A DNA stretch of 53,127 nt from a virus (taxonomy: Duplodnaviria; Caudoviricetes): IMG/VR virus record IMGVR_UViG_3300034170_000039, positions 1 to 53,127 of that record; one strand, 5' to 3'. The translations under genes were made by a program, and so were the position numbers. Of the stretch, positions 18,476-27,379 are shown in pieces; the stretch's first letter is position 1; the number at the start of each line of letters is the position of its first letter. The notes under the pieces were generated by a model, which was not told where the DNA came from, searched no databases, and saw only the letters and a list, made by a program, of their open reading frames with translations.

Positions 18476-19600
18476 TTAGCCCAGCAGAACAGCGGTGTGG
18501 GCTGGCTTGATGTTCGCGCAACCCCAGGCAACCGAGATTTCGTAACGAACGCGGCGGTATTGCTTGTACATCGCCACTTCGAAGCTCATGCCGGTGCGGG
18601 GATCGGTGATCAGCATGCGGTCGTCGGCCATGTCGCCTTCTTCCGGCAGGGCCGGAGTACGAGTGGCCAGAACGATTGCGGAGCGCGGGAACGCGAAGTT
18701 GGCGGTGAATGCGCTCGCAACGGTTACGGTTGCGCCGCTTGCAACTGCTGCACGCAGACCTGGCGCGCCGATGGTGAGGTTGCCGCCCGAGAGCGCGGTG
18801 GTTACCACGTACTTGTAGGAACCGATGGTCAGCACGTCGCCAGCAACGATGGTGCCGGTGCCGGTTTGGACTGGGATCACAGTTGCGCCGACAGCAAGAG
18901 CGCCGTTAGTGACGTAGCTCGCGCCAGTACCTGGGGTGTGGGAAGCCACACCGGCCGATTCGCGCAGAGTGAAACCGTGCAATTCAAGCAGGGTGCCTTG
19001 GGCGCGGAGGCTGGTGGTGCCAGCTTCGTTCGCCTTGGTCAGCTGTGCCAGGGTACGCAGAGCGGCGCCAGAGGTGGTGTCAATCACGCACTGCAGGTCG
19101 CTCAGGGGGGCACCGTTGTCGGACAGAATCTTCCGAACTTGGGCGGTATCACCGAGGGTCGATGCGAAAGGCGTGGTGCCGGCAGTACCAGTTGCGCGCG
19201 AGGCGCCATAGGCCAGTTGGCCCAAGTCAACTTCGATCTCGTTAACCAGAGTACGCATTGCCTGCGAGATCTGGTCGCGCCGGATGCTGGCGTAGCCTGG
19301 GCCGGTGTTAACGCCTTTTTGCTCTTCACCAGTCCAGCGGAATGGAACCATCCGGGATTTGGTGATGCTGAAAGGGGTGTTACCGACAGTCTGGTCGCCG
19401 TCATCTGGAGGCAGCTGGCCTGGAGTGACGTTCTCAGCAGCCTGAGCTGGGGTGATCGGAATGCGGATCGCTTGGTTGAGCGCGGCACGCTCGGCGGTCG
19501 CATCCAGGGTAACGGACGGGATGAAGCCGGCCAGTTCGCGAGATACGATATCGAGCGATTCGTAGAGGTCGGGGACCAGGCTGGTAAGGGTGTTGGCCAT
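18476..19600 (-). CDS. Major capsid protein (P22 coat-like)
   Basis: 374 aa after scaffold; LVNEIEVDL and YEISVAWG motifs; strong AAGGA RBS. Confidence 0.88.
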   Translation of the reverse strand: MANTLTSLVPDLYESLDIVSRELAGFIPSVTLDATAERAALNQAIRIPITPAQAAENVTPGQLPPDDGDQTVGNTPFSITKSRMVPFRWTGEEQKGVNTGPGYASIRRDQISQAMRTLVNEIEVDLGQLAYGASRATGTAGTTPFASTLGDTAQVRKILSDNGAPLSDLQCVIDTTSGAALRTLAQLTKANEAGTTSLRAQGTLLELHGFTLRESAGVASHTPGTGASYVTNGALAVGATVIPVQTGTGTIVAGDVLTIGSYKYVVTTALSGGNLTIGAPGLRAAVASGATVTVASAFTANFAFPRSAIVLATRTPALPEEGDMADDRMLITDPRTGMSFEVAMYKQYRRVRYEISVAWGCANIKPAHTAVLLG

Positions 19601-19614
19601 TTGGATGAATTCCT

Positions 19615-20367
19615 TTAATCAGAAATAGGTGCGCCAGCCTTGACGTGCTCCATCTGCTTGGCAGGTGGCAGAGCTTCAAACTGGGCGCGGGAAAGTTTTT
19701 GCGCGCCACCCGTAGCCGCACCGCCCGACGCACCGCCGCCGCTGGCGCCGGAGCTTTTCAGGATTTGGTCGCGATACGGGTAGCTGTCGACGAGAAGTTC
19801 CAGGGCTTCGTCAAAGTTGGCGATTTCACCTGGATTGCTGCGACTGAAGAGCTTGTTGCCGGTCTTGTCGTATGCAACGACCTTCCCGTCCTCAACCTTG
19901 AACTGCTCGCCGAAGCGCGCTCGGACCAGATCAGATGGGATCGCCAGCTTGTCGGCGATGAACTTGGAGCGATCGAAGCTGCCACCAACCTTTTCGGTTA
20001 CGAGGTCGGATTTCAGCGAATCACGCTCGGCAACGATTGGTGCGTACTTGTCTTCGACGGCCTTGATGGCCTCGGCTCTGACCTTTTCGACTTCACCGGC
20101 ATCCACCAGCTTTTTAGCGTCGAAATTCTTGATCGTTTCCAGTGCTTTGCGGGCTTCGGAAGGATCGGAGATCCCTTCAAAGGCCTTAAGAGCGCCTTCA
20201 GCACCCTCAGCACGTTCACGATTGGACTTTGCTTCAGCATTCAGCCGGCTGATCGTTGCCACGGTGCCTTGGGCATCGAAAGCAACATCTTTGCCGTCCT
20301 CGCTGACATAAACAGGCTTGCCATCAACAACTACTACGTGGCCTTCTTCGTCGAGTTTGAGTTTCAT
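19615..20367 (-). CDS. Capsid scaffolding protein
   Basis: MKLKLDEEG start, coiled coil, Gly/Ser linker and LSRAQFEALPP C-terminal helix. Confidence 0.8.
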   Translation of the reverse strand: MKLKLDEEGHVVVVDGKPVYVSEDGKDVAFDAQGTVATISRLNAEAKSNRERAEGAEGALKAFEGISDPSEARKALETIKNFDAKKLVDAGEVEKVRAEAIKAVEDKYAPIVAERDSLKSDLVTEKVGGSFDRSKFIADKLAIPSDLVRARFGEQFKVEDGKVVAYDKTGNKLFSRSNPGEIANFDEALELLVDSYPYRDQILKSSGASGGGASGGAATGGAQKLSRAQFEALPPAKQMEHVKAGAPISD

Positions 20368-20436
20368 TCTGGTCATCCAACCCTTTGGTAGGCCATCCGG
20401 CCCGGCGCGGCGCTATCCATCCGGAATCGCACCCAT

Positions 20437-20463
20437 AAAAAAGCCCCGGCGAGTGCCAGGGCT
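20437..20463 (-). terminator. Intrinsic terminator after portal
   Basis: GC stem (one mismatch) plus U6 on minus strand. Confidence 0.55.
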
Positions 20464-20480
20464 GTATTCGGTGTTCGTGG

Positions 20481-21866
20481 TCAAACGCCCGGGAGCGTTA
20501 CGCATTGTTTTTTCGGCTGAACCTTGATTCGTTCGGCCTCTTGCTGCCAGGTAATGCCGTCCTTGACCATCCCGCGCCGCTGAATCTCGCTGAACAGCGT
20601 TTCATTGGAAAGGACACCAGCAACGTTCATCTCTAGCAACAGGTCAGCAGAGGCTTCGGCAAGCGATGCAGCGCCGAAGTCTTTGTAAATGGAGAGGTGC
20701 CCGCCTTCGCTCTCGCCGATCCACTCAGCCATGAGCTGCATAGCCTGGTCGAGCGAGTCCTCTACGTCCTGGGCGATGCGCTGTAGGGCGCACATACCGG
20801 GCTCATTGTCGGAAAGGGTCTGCGCCACGGTGATCTTGCCGGGCTTGATGACAAGCAGCTCGGCACCCACCTGACGCATGCGGTCCTCAATGTCGAGGAT
20901 TGAAACGCGTCCCGACTCAATCGCTTTGCCGGTGTGCTCAACGTAGGTAAGCGTGGCGCCAATCTTGTCCGAGGTGACAGCAGTAGCGGCGCCGACTGTG
21001 ATGTTCTCATCATCGCTGAACCCAACCCCGAATAGGATTGGTACTCGAGCAACGTGCAAAATGGTCTGCTGATCCGACTTCGACTGCCAGTGCTCTACGT
21101 TCATGAACGCAAGCTCGCGCAGAGGCGGCATGGCCTGCATGAAGCCAAGGCGCTTACCGTAAACGGGAATGAATGGAATCTTGGTTAGGCTTGATGCCCC
21201 TTGAGCGTGAAGCAGCCACTCTAGGTCGCCCTGAGCGTTCTGCTTCTCGCGGTAAGTCTCCCAGCGGCCCTGAAAAAGTACGCGGACCTGCTCGATTTGC
21301 TTTTCGCTGAACTGGTCGATCGTCTCAGTCACCACCTCGAGGAATCGCAACATCGTGAAGGTCTCTACCCCTTTGATACGCTCAGATGCGTAATCAAGGA
21401 GATTGTCTGCGCAGATCTGCACAAAGTACGGCCTTACACCCGCAGCGACCTCTTCGGCCTTGTTCCGGATGCCCTCTGCCTGCGGATAGTCCACTAGAAT
21501 CCCGCAGATGCCGTATGCCATCGCCTCTTCCGTAATGCTGGCGGCAAAGGAATGCATGTTGCGGCCTTGCAAGTCGATATCCTCGCAATACTCAAGGATC
21601 GTCTTGGGCGTGTCTTCGCCGTAAGTGAGCGGCCTGGAAAATGGCTTGCCGCAAAGAACATCTATGGTCCTGGCGAAGGCCGGGAAGAGAGTCGCTGTGC
21701 CCAGGCGAGCGTTGTAGAAGCCTTGATCTTCATTCGGCCACTGAGGGAGGTAGGTGGTTCCTGCCTCCCGCATCTTTCCAGTCCCGCCAAGCAGGGCCTT
21801 GATCATGGGCCAGCATTCCGCCATCGCTTCGATTTTGGCGGAGCGCTTGCGAACGCTATTGCTCAT
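20481..21866 (-). CDS. Portal protein (DUF4055-like)
   Basis: Follows TerL; LLGGTGKMREAGTTYLPQWPNE and NVEHWQSKSD motifs. Confidence 0.88.
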   Translation of the reverse strand: MSNSVRKRSAKIEAMAECWPMIKALLGGTGKMREAGTTYLPQWPNEDQGFYNARLGTATLFPAFARTIDVLCGKPFSRPLTYGEDTPKTILEYCEDIDLQGRNMHSFAASITEEAMAYGICGILVDYPQAEGIRNKAEEVAAGVRPYFVQICADNLLDYASERIKGVETFTMLRFLEVVTETIDQFSEKQIEQVRVLFQGRWETYREKQNAQGDLEWLLHAQGASSLTKIPFIPVYGKRLGFMQAMPPLRELAFMNVEHWQSKSDQQTILHVARVPILFGVGFSDDENITVGAATAVTSDKIGATLTYVEHTGKAIESGRVSILDIEDRMRQVGAELLVIKPGKITVAQTLSDNEPGMCALQRIAQDVEDSLDQAMQLMAEWIGESEGGHLSIYKDFGAASLAEASADLLLEMNVAGVLSNETLFSEIQRRGMVKDGITWQQEAERIKVQPKKQCVTLPGV

Positions 21867-21878
21867 GGCGTAGTCCAG

Positions 21879-23363
21879 TTATGCGGAGAATGGGCGGATG
21901 GTTGTTTTGCGCACGCGCTTGGTCTTCGCCACCGCGAAGTAGCGGAATCCATCGGCGCCGTGTGATGTCTTGTCGTGCAGCGGCTTGTCTTTCCAGCAGC
22001 CGCGCTTGTCGTCCCATTCCTTGCGGTAGGACTCGAGGTGGCTGATGCCGAGCTCGCACTTGGATTCATCGAAGTAGCAGAACGCAAGAATCTCGCGCGC
22101 GGCCTCGATGCCGTCGTCGACGCCGGTTTTCGGCACAACCTCGAACCGAATGGCGTATCGCTGGCCGTCGATCTCGTAGCCCTCGGCGGCGATGTCCTTG
22201 CGGCTCTTGGCGTCACTGCCGAACTCGCGGTTCTCGATGTCGTGCGGCCCCCAGTGCTCGGAGTAGGTGTAGCCCTTGTCCTTGAGCACCTTCATGTAAT
22301 GCCGCAGGCCTTCGCCGGAGTTCTCGTAGTAGTCGATGACGTGGTACTCGGTGCCAACCTGGCGCACGAACCAGATGGCCGTGGAGTCGCCGACACCGAT
22401 GTCCCAGAAGGTCATCACGGGCTGATGGCTGTTGTCAGGCACAATGCCGATGCGCTTGCTGGCATAGAGCTTGGCGAACTGTTTTGCGTAGTAGGCGCCT
22501 TCGACCGACTGCTGGAACGCTTCGACAGGCAGCGATGGGTATTCACGCTTCATGTCGTCGCCGAGGGACTTCTCCTTGGCGGCGTACCAGGCGCGCTGGC
22601 CGTCGTTCGTGATGATTCCGTGCTTAGCTGCCAACTCATCAAAATAGTCGGTCAGGCGCTGCGGGATGACCACTCCGGCTGGGTCGAGCCGGTACTCCTT
22701 GTTTTTCCACCAGGCGAAGAAGAAGAACTTCCAGTCCAGCAGGCCCAAAGGCGTCCCGGAAGCCTGTTGCTTCTCGGCGCTCTGTGAGTAGTCGAAGAAA
22801 TAGCCAGCCCTGCCCTCGGCCGTCGATTCGATCGTGACAAAGCAGTCAGTGGCCACAGCCTCAAAGGCGCCAGTGACGATCTCGCGGGCCTTATGAGGGA
22901 ACTTGGCGCAGATCTTCCCGAACTCAGACACGTGCAGGTAACGCAGCGTGCCGCCCCGGAAAGACGTGGAAACGTAGATCGAGCCGCCCTTGCTGAATAC
23001 CAGCTCGCCGGACGCATCGTTGCGCGCCGGATTGGCCTTGCGTATCTCGACCGGCAGGTTGTCGTAGGCGTACTTCACCTTTTCCCGGAACAGGCGCTTG
23101 GCGTCATTCAGTGTGTGAGCGATAAGAGCGCACTTGGCCGACTCAAACAGAGCCGCGTCGAGCTGGATGATGCAGCACTCAGTGGTAAAGCCAAGCTGCC
23201 GGGCCTTCAAGATGATGTTGCGGGTATGCAGCCCGTCGAAGTACTCGATCTGCTCGTCCGTCATCCGGAAGCGGACCTTCTTGCCCGCTTTGTCGGTGAT
23301 GAAGTAGAGATTGTTCAGCCTCCAACGCTTATCCCGGAGCAGCTTCAAGTGCTCGGGCTTCAT
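21879..23363 (-). CDS. terL: Terminase large subunit
   Basis: Walker A ILKARQLGFTT, Walker B LHVSE, ESTAEG, nuclease WDIG and HGADGFRY. Confidence 0.96.
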   Translation of the reverse strand: MKPEHLKLLRDKRWRLNNLYFITDKAGKKVRFRMTDEQIEYFDGLHTRNIILKARQLGFTTECCIIQLDAALFESAKCALIAHTLNDAKRLFREKVKYAYDNLPVEIRKANPARNDASGELVFSKGGSIYVSTSFRGGTLRYLHVSEFGKICAKFPHKAREIVTGAFEAVATDCFVTIESTAEGRAGYFFDYSQSAEKQQASGTPLGLLDWKFFFFAWWKNKEYRLDPAGVVIPQRLTDYFDELAAKHGIITNDGQRAWYAAKEKSLGDDMKREYPSLPVEAFQQSVEGAYYAKQFAKLYASKRIGIVPDNSHQPVMTFWDIGVGDSTAIWFVRQVGTEYHVIDYYENSGEGLRHYMKVLKDKGYTYSEHWGPHDIENREFGSDAKSRKDIAAEGYEIDGQRYAIRFEVVPKTGVDDGIEAAREILAFCYFDESKCELGISHLESYRKEWDDKRGCWKDKPLHDKTSHGADGFRYFAVAKTKRVRKTTIRPFSA

Positions 23364-23364
23364 G

Positions 23365-23973
23365 TCAGGCTTCCTTCGATAGCTCGTCCATTAGTTTGGA
23401 TAGGTCTTCGGAATCATCGCCGCCAGACTTGGCATCGAGATCGTAGGCTTGTCGCTCAAGAAGGACCAAGTTCTTCAACGTCTCGGTCATCTCCTTCATT
23501 GTCTTGGATCGCCCGCCAAGGCTTATGACCTTCCCGTACAGTTCGTTACGGCGGTCGAAGCCCTTATCGTCAGGGTTGCGCATCAGCTCGCCAAGCTCTT
23601 CGAACAGTTCTCTGTTGTCAGTCAGGTGCTCGAGCTCATCCAGCAGCTTGTTGGCCAGACGCCGGGAGCGACCGATGTCGGTGCGGTGGGCCATGCGGAT
23701 GTCAGCAATTACCTCGGCATTGGCCTCAACGATTCCACGCTCGGTTGCCAGTGTTTCCGTGGAAACCTTGGTGGAAACCTCACGCTTGGAAACCAGTGAA
23801 TCAGCCTTAGCCTTGATCTTGGCTTTAAGGTCTCGCTCCCATCCTTCCGCTTTTGCGCGCTTGTTGATTGCGGTATGTGATACGCCGCTTGCCGATGCTA
23901 TCTCTCGGACGGAGAGCAGACCGGCCCGGAAGAGCTGTTCAATGCGCTCCCAGTCGGATTGCTTTGCCGCCAT
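23365..23973 (-). CDS. terS: Terminase small subunit
   Basis: N-terminal HTH (DWERIE...SVREIA...GVSHTAINKRAK..GW) directly upstream of TerL. Confidence 0.85.
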   Translation of the reverse strand: MAAKQSDWERIEQLFRAGLLSVREIASASGVSHTAINKRAKAEGWERDLKAKIKAKADSLVSKREVSTKVSTETLATERGIVEANAEVIADIRMAHRTDIGRSRRLANKLLDELEHLTDNRELFEELGELMRNPDDKGFDRRNELYGKVISLGGRSKTMKEMTETLKNLVLLERQAYDLDAKSGGDDSEDLSKLMDELSKEA

Positions 23974-23983
23974 GTTGAATTCC

Positions 23984-24418
23984 TTATTGCTGCTCGACCT
24001 TCACGGTGAACGTTCTGATCTTGCCGCCAGTGCCTGTATCGCGCTTGGCTGCCATCTCTACGGCTTGGTAGGCAGATGCGCCCATGTCGAGAGCTGTGTA
24101 GGCGTGATCTCGACCGCTGCCGATGGCGTAGGCCTTGTCAGGGAGCACAGAGCTCTCCACGATCCTGCCGTCTTCATAGCTGATCAGGCTTAACTCGCCG
24201 CTCTTGCACACAATGGCAGAGGCCCCGCAGTCGCCTGCGATCTCTTCGCCGCTGTATGCCTTGATCAGATCATTGATCTCTGACATGCCACCAGCGCCGA
24301 AGAAGAAAGCCCCATCGCGCTCATGCATCTTGTCGAAGTCGTCATAGACGATCGTGCCGCCGGCAGTGCAGCGGCCGTCATAGGCGATGATGCCGTCTTT
24401 GTAGGCGATCGTCGTCAT
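23984..24418 (-). CDS. Ntn-hydrolase (HslV/proteasome beta-like) peptidase
   Basis: MTTIAY N-terminal Thr, AIGSG, D..TGG motifs. Confidence 0.8.
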   Translation of the reverse strand: MTTIAYKDGIIAYDGRCTAGGTIVYDDFDKMHERDGAFFFGAGGMSEINDLIKAYSGEEIAGDCGASAIVCKSGELSLISYEDGRIVESSVLPDKAYAIGSGRDHAYTALDMGASAYQAVEMAAKRDTGTGGKIRTFTVKVEQQ

Positions 24419-24530
24419 GGGGTCACCGTGGATATGCAACACATTGCGCAACTACCGAGGAATCCTCGGGGGTTCGTGCAATCTATTGCGGAATAGAGTG
24501 GCGCCGGCACTTGGCCTGGCGCCCTTTGGT

Positions 24531-24761
24531 TTAACTGAACGGGTCAGCCGGCTTGGCGATCGAGCGCACGAACCACATGAACCCCTGCTGCAAGTTGGTC
24601 TTGGCCAATGCCAATAGGCGGGGGTCGACGCCTTCGATCGTGCCGATCTGCTTGAACAGCTCACCCGCATCAGCCTCCAGGGCTTTGATGGAGTTCATGC
24701 CATCGATCTCGGATTGGGTCAGATCGCGGTAGCCGGTGATTTTCTTGTGCTGATTGTCCAT
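24531..24761 (-). CDS. acb2: Anti-CBASS cyclic-nucleotide sponge, Acb2 family
   Basis: MDNQHKKITGYRDLTQSEID.MN.IK and LALAKTNLQQGFMWFVRSIAKP match the Acb2 signature as recalled. Confidence 0.88.
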   Translation of the reverse strand: MDNQHKKITGYRDLTQSEIDGMNSIKALEADAGELFKQIGTIEGVDPRLLALAKTNLQQGFMWFVRSIAKPADPFS

Positions 24762-24790
24762 CGGGAGTCACCCTTTTGCTGTGAATTGAG

Positions 24791-25084
24791 TTACAGAGCC
24801 TTCTTCGCCAACGCTACAGCCTCATCCCAGAACACTGGGAGCTCATGACCGAGGGCGGACAGGATGGTTTCGAGCTTGGCGATCAGGTCGGGCGCTGGGG
24901 CGCCGACGGGTGCAGGCTCGCTTACCTGGGCCACAGGCGCTGCAACCTCAGGGACCACAACGACCGGCGCCGACGACGCAATGGCGGCTTGTACTTCAAC
25001 TGGCAATTCGGACATGACTGGAGCCTCTACGAAGAGTTTCGCAATCCATGCGACGATTGATTTCAGGAAGTCAGGGGTTTTCAT
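24791..25084 (-). CDS. Hypothetical protein (Pro/Ala/Val-rich linker)
   Basis: Fills gap between holin-like gene and acb2; start uncertain. Confidence 0.55.
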   Translation of the reverse strand: MKTPDFLKSIVAWIAKLFVEAPVMSELPVEVQAAIASSAPVVVVPEVAAPVAQVSEPAPVGAPAPDLIAKLETILSALGHELPVFWDEAVALAKKAL

Positions 25085-25295
25085 TCTTGTCACCGTCAGG
25101 CTGGGGCTGTGACAGCACACGGACAACAGCAACGCCGACCCCGAGAGCCATATTGATGGCGGCGTAGATCAGCGGGTTGACTGCGCCCTGGAATACCGTC
25201 CAGCCGATAGCGCCTGCGTTCAGCGCTGCGCCGGCCAGGGCCAGGCGAACCGACCAGAGCTTGTGGCAAGCGGCGACATTCTCGATCAGCTTCAT
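25071..25295 (-). CDS. Small two-TM protein (holin-like or lysis accessory)
   Basis: ATGA overlap with holin; KLWSVRL then two hydrophobic helices. Confidence 0.6.
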   Translation of the reverse strand: MKLIENVAACHKLWSVRLALAGAALNAGAIGWTVFQGAVNPLIYAAINMALGVGVAVVRVLSQPQPDGDKNENP

Positions 25296-25606
25296 ATCTC
25301 ATCTGCCTTGCGCTCAGACCAGCGCTTACCGAGCTGCCGAACTTGGTCAACGCCCAGGATTCCAACGAACCCAGCAGCGAAGAATGACCAGCCAATGCTG
25401 AACCCGAATTCCTTTACGGTCAGCCCTACCACCATCACCATCAGCGCGCCGAGAGTTGCCTCGATCAGCTTGCGCACCGTACTGGTCTCCTTACCGTCGT
25501 ATTGGACGCGCAGGTAGATCAGCAGGAAGGTGAGAGCCATTGCTAGGCCGTTATCCCGAAGTGCGGAGAGGACGAGCGCCCAGAAGGAAGGGTCTTTTTC
25601 GGGCAT
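25292..25606 (-). CDS. Holin, lambda S-like family
   Basis: MPEKDPSFW...LRVQYDGKE...GFVGILGVDQVR; three TM segments; first late gene. Confidence 0.85.
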   Translation of the reverse strand: MPEKDPSFWALVLSALRDNGLAMALTFLLIYLRVQYDGKETSTVRKLIEATLGALMVMVVGLTVKEFGFSIGWSFFAAGFVGILGVDQVRQLGKRWSERKADEI

Positions 25607-25821
25607 GATTTTCAATCCGAAGTCCTCCCTTCTGGGAGTAGGAGAATAAAAAAGGCCGTCAGGTGGCGGCCAAACGCTGGGGAGCAGCGGCGAATAGATC
25701 AGCCCCGGCGGCACTCCCAGCTCAGAGCGAAGGGTGTGGCGGGGCCGAAAACGACAAAGCCCCGCACAGTGGCGAGGCTTCGAAATGAACCATGGCAGTT
25801 TTTGCCATAGTTGGAATTAGG

Positions 25822-25925
25822 TGCAGATGGCCGGTGCTGAACTCCGGCTCACTCTCGCCAGCGGTTGCCCGCGATAGCCCGAGAGGTTGGGCTTGGCTGC
25901 GCATCAGCCTGCGCATTCATCTGCA
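25822..25925 (-). ncRNA. tRNA-like structured RNA in late leader
   Basis: Closing stem TGCAGATG/CATCTGCA, arms TGCGCA/TGCGCA and GCCGG/CCGGC with complementary loops. Confidence 0.55.
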
Positions 25926-26005
25926 TCGGGATGCTTCAGAACTATCAGTGCTACCGTAGTTCAAGCGCCTCAGGATAACCCTGAAGCATTCCGATATAGA
26001 CGAAC

Positions 26006-26033
26006 AAAAAGCCCGACACAGTGGCCGGGCTTT
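26006..26033 (-). terminator. tR'-like terminator of late leader
   Basis: AAAGCCCGGC/GTCGGGCTTTTT. Confidence 0.7.
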
Positions 26034-26072
26034 CTTCCTGCGCTACATACAAACGTACATAACCCAAGATGA

Positions 26073-26105
26073 CGCAATATTCGGACACGCGGACATTTAA
26101 TGCAA
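26073..26105 (-). promoter_or_regulatory. Putative late promoter (pR'-like)
   Basis: TTGCAT...AATATT with tandem TGTCCG repeats in a long (19-bp) spacer, about 40 nt ahead of a terminator at the head of the late operon. Confidence 0.45.
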
Positions 26106-26112
26106 GTGGTAT

Positions 26113-26490
26113 TTATGCCGTCGCGAGCAATTCGTCGGGAATTTCGATTCCATCGCCAAGTTTCGCATTCACTAGCGCGCGGCAAAATGCAATCAATCGA
26201 GTCTCGCCGACTCCGCGCCCTACCCCCGCGCCACCTCCAGAGCGATCAAGCCAAATCTCGGCATATCGGTCTCGTTCTGGTAGTCGACGCTCCTCTGGAT
26301 CGTACCTCTCAATCAGCGGGCCACCCTGAATCCATTCGGTTGAAGGCTGAAAATTCGAGCAATACAGCTCGCCTCCCATATACCAATAAGGCTTGTTGAA
26401 TCCATCGGGAACTTTAAGCTCAAGACCGATGGCAACGCCAACAGCCCAATCCAGCGCAGGGCCATTCAACTCGCTGACTTTGACTTTCAT
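26113..26490 (-). CDS. NinX/DUF2591-like protein
   Basis: LNGPALDWAV, FQPSTEWIQGGPLIER, LIAFCRALV motifs. Confidence 0.75.
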   Translation of the reverse strand: MKVKVSELNGPALDWAVGVAIGLELKVPDGFNKPYWYMGGELYCSNFQPSTEWIQGGPLIERYDPEERRLPERDRYAEIWLDRSGGGAGVGRGVGETRLIAFCRALVNAKLGDGIEIPDELLATA

Positions 26491-26774
26491 GATTCACCTC
26501 GGGCCTTGGCGATGGCGGCCTGAGCGCTTTCCCACCACTGCTCAAGGTCGAATAACATATCTTCGGCCTCGAGCGCAGATACGAAAGGCGCAGTTTTACG
26601 CAGAAGCTCATCAAGCACATGGAAAAGATCCGGAGCGGCGGCGATTAGGTCGGCATTGTCTCCGCAGTGGCGCGCTACAGGGCCAAGATTTACATCGGCC
26701 GGCCGAATCCATGTTCCCCATATGGGTCCACATGACGGAATTACGGTCCACGGCCCGGGTGCATGCTTGCTCAT
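26487..26774 (-). CDS. Phage hypothetical protein
   Basis: KHAPGPW...NADLIAAAPDL...AAIAKARG motif; ATGA overlaps. Confidence 0.75.
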   Translation of the reverse strand: MSKHAPGPWTVIPSCGPIWGTWIRPADVNLGPVARHCGDNADLIAAAPDLFHVLDELLRKTAPFVSALEAEDMLFDLEQWWESAQAAIAKARGES

Positions 26775-27109
26775 GGCATTGCTCTCCCGATCTCAGCAGC
26801 GGCGCGGACGATGCAGCGGCGCAGGCTGCTCATGTGGTTAGCCTCATCGCACTCAGGTGCGGTTGCGTGCGCTTCAGGGGTTTGCCCCGGCGTAGTATGA
26901 GCGCCTACACCCATGCAATGAGTGTTCAGCACAAGTCCTAGGCCCGCGGCTAGGCGCAGCGCATCCCCATCGTCGGTAAGTGGCGACCATGCATGCCAGA
27001 CTTTATCGCCTCTTTGCGCTTGCCAGTGGTTTGGTGTCTGGTCGGGATAATCGGAAAACCTTGCGCCCGCAGCTTTCGCCGCCAGCGCCATCAGTTCGCG
27101 GTCACTCAT
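26771..27109 (-). CDS. Phage hypothetical protein (W.PL.DDGDALRLA family, paralog 1)
   Basis: ATGA overlaps; similar to 49888 and 50938 ORFs. Confidence 0.75.
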   Translation of the reverse strand: MSDRELMALAAKAAGARFSDYPDQTPNHWQAQRGDKVWHAWSPLTDDGDALRLAAGLGLVLNTHCMGVGAHTTPGQTPEAHATAPECDEANHMSSLRRCIVRAAAEIGRAMP

Positions 27110-27342
27110 GACCGCCCCAGCGAGCGCAAGAGCGCGTCGTTCAACGATTGATTGATGTTGCTCATGAGACTGTCATATTCAGTGTCATGACGAGGCGAGT
27201 AAATCATATGTCCAGCTACTTCGGCTTCGCCATGCTCGTCGTACTGGGTATCGTTCGGTACCTGCAGCGTCTTGGTCGTCAGCGGCTCGATGACGTTACC
27301 GTCGAGATCCATGGTCATGCTGACGTAGCTGACTGTTTTCAT
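27106..27342 (-). CDS. Hypothetical protein
   Basis: GGGAG RBS, ATGA overlap. Confidence 0.65.
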   Translation of the reverse strand: MKTVSYVSMTMDLDGNVIEPLTTKTLQVPNDTQYDEHGEAEVAGHMIYSPRHDTEYDSLMSNINQSLNDALLRSLGRS

Positions 27343-27379
27343 GGTATTGCTCTCCCGATCTTAGCAGCGGCGCGGACGA

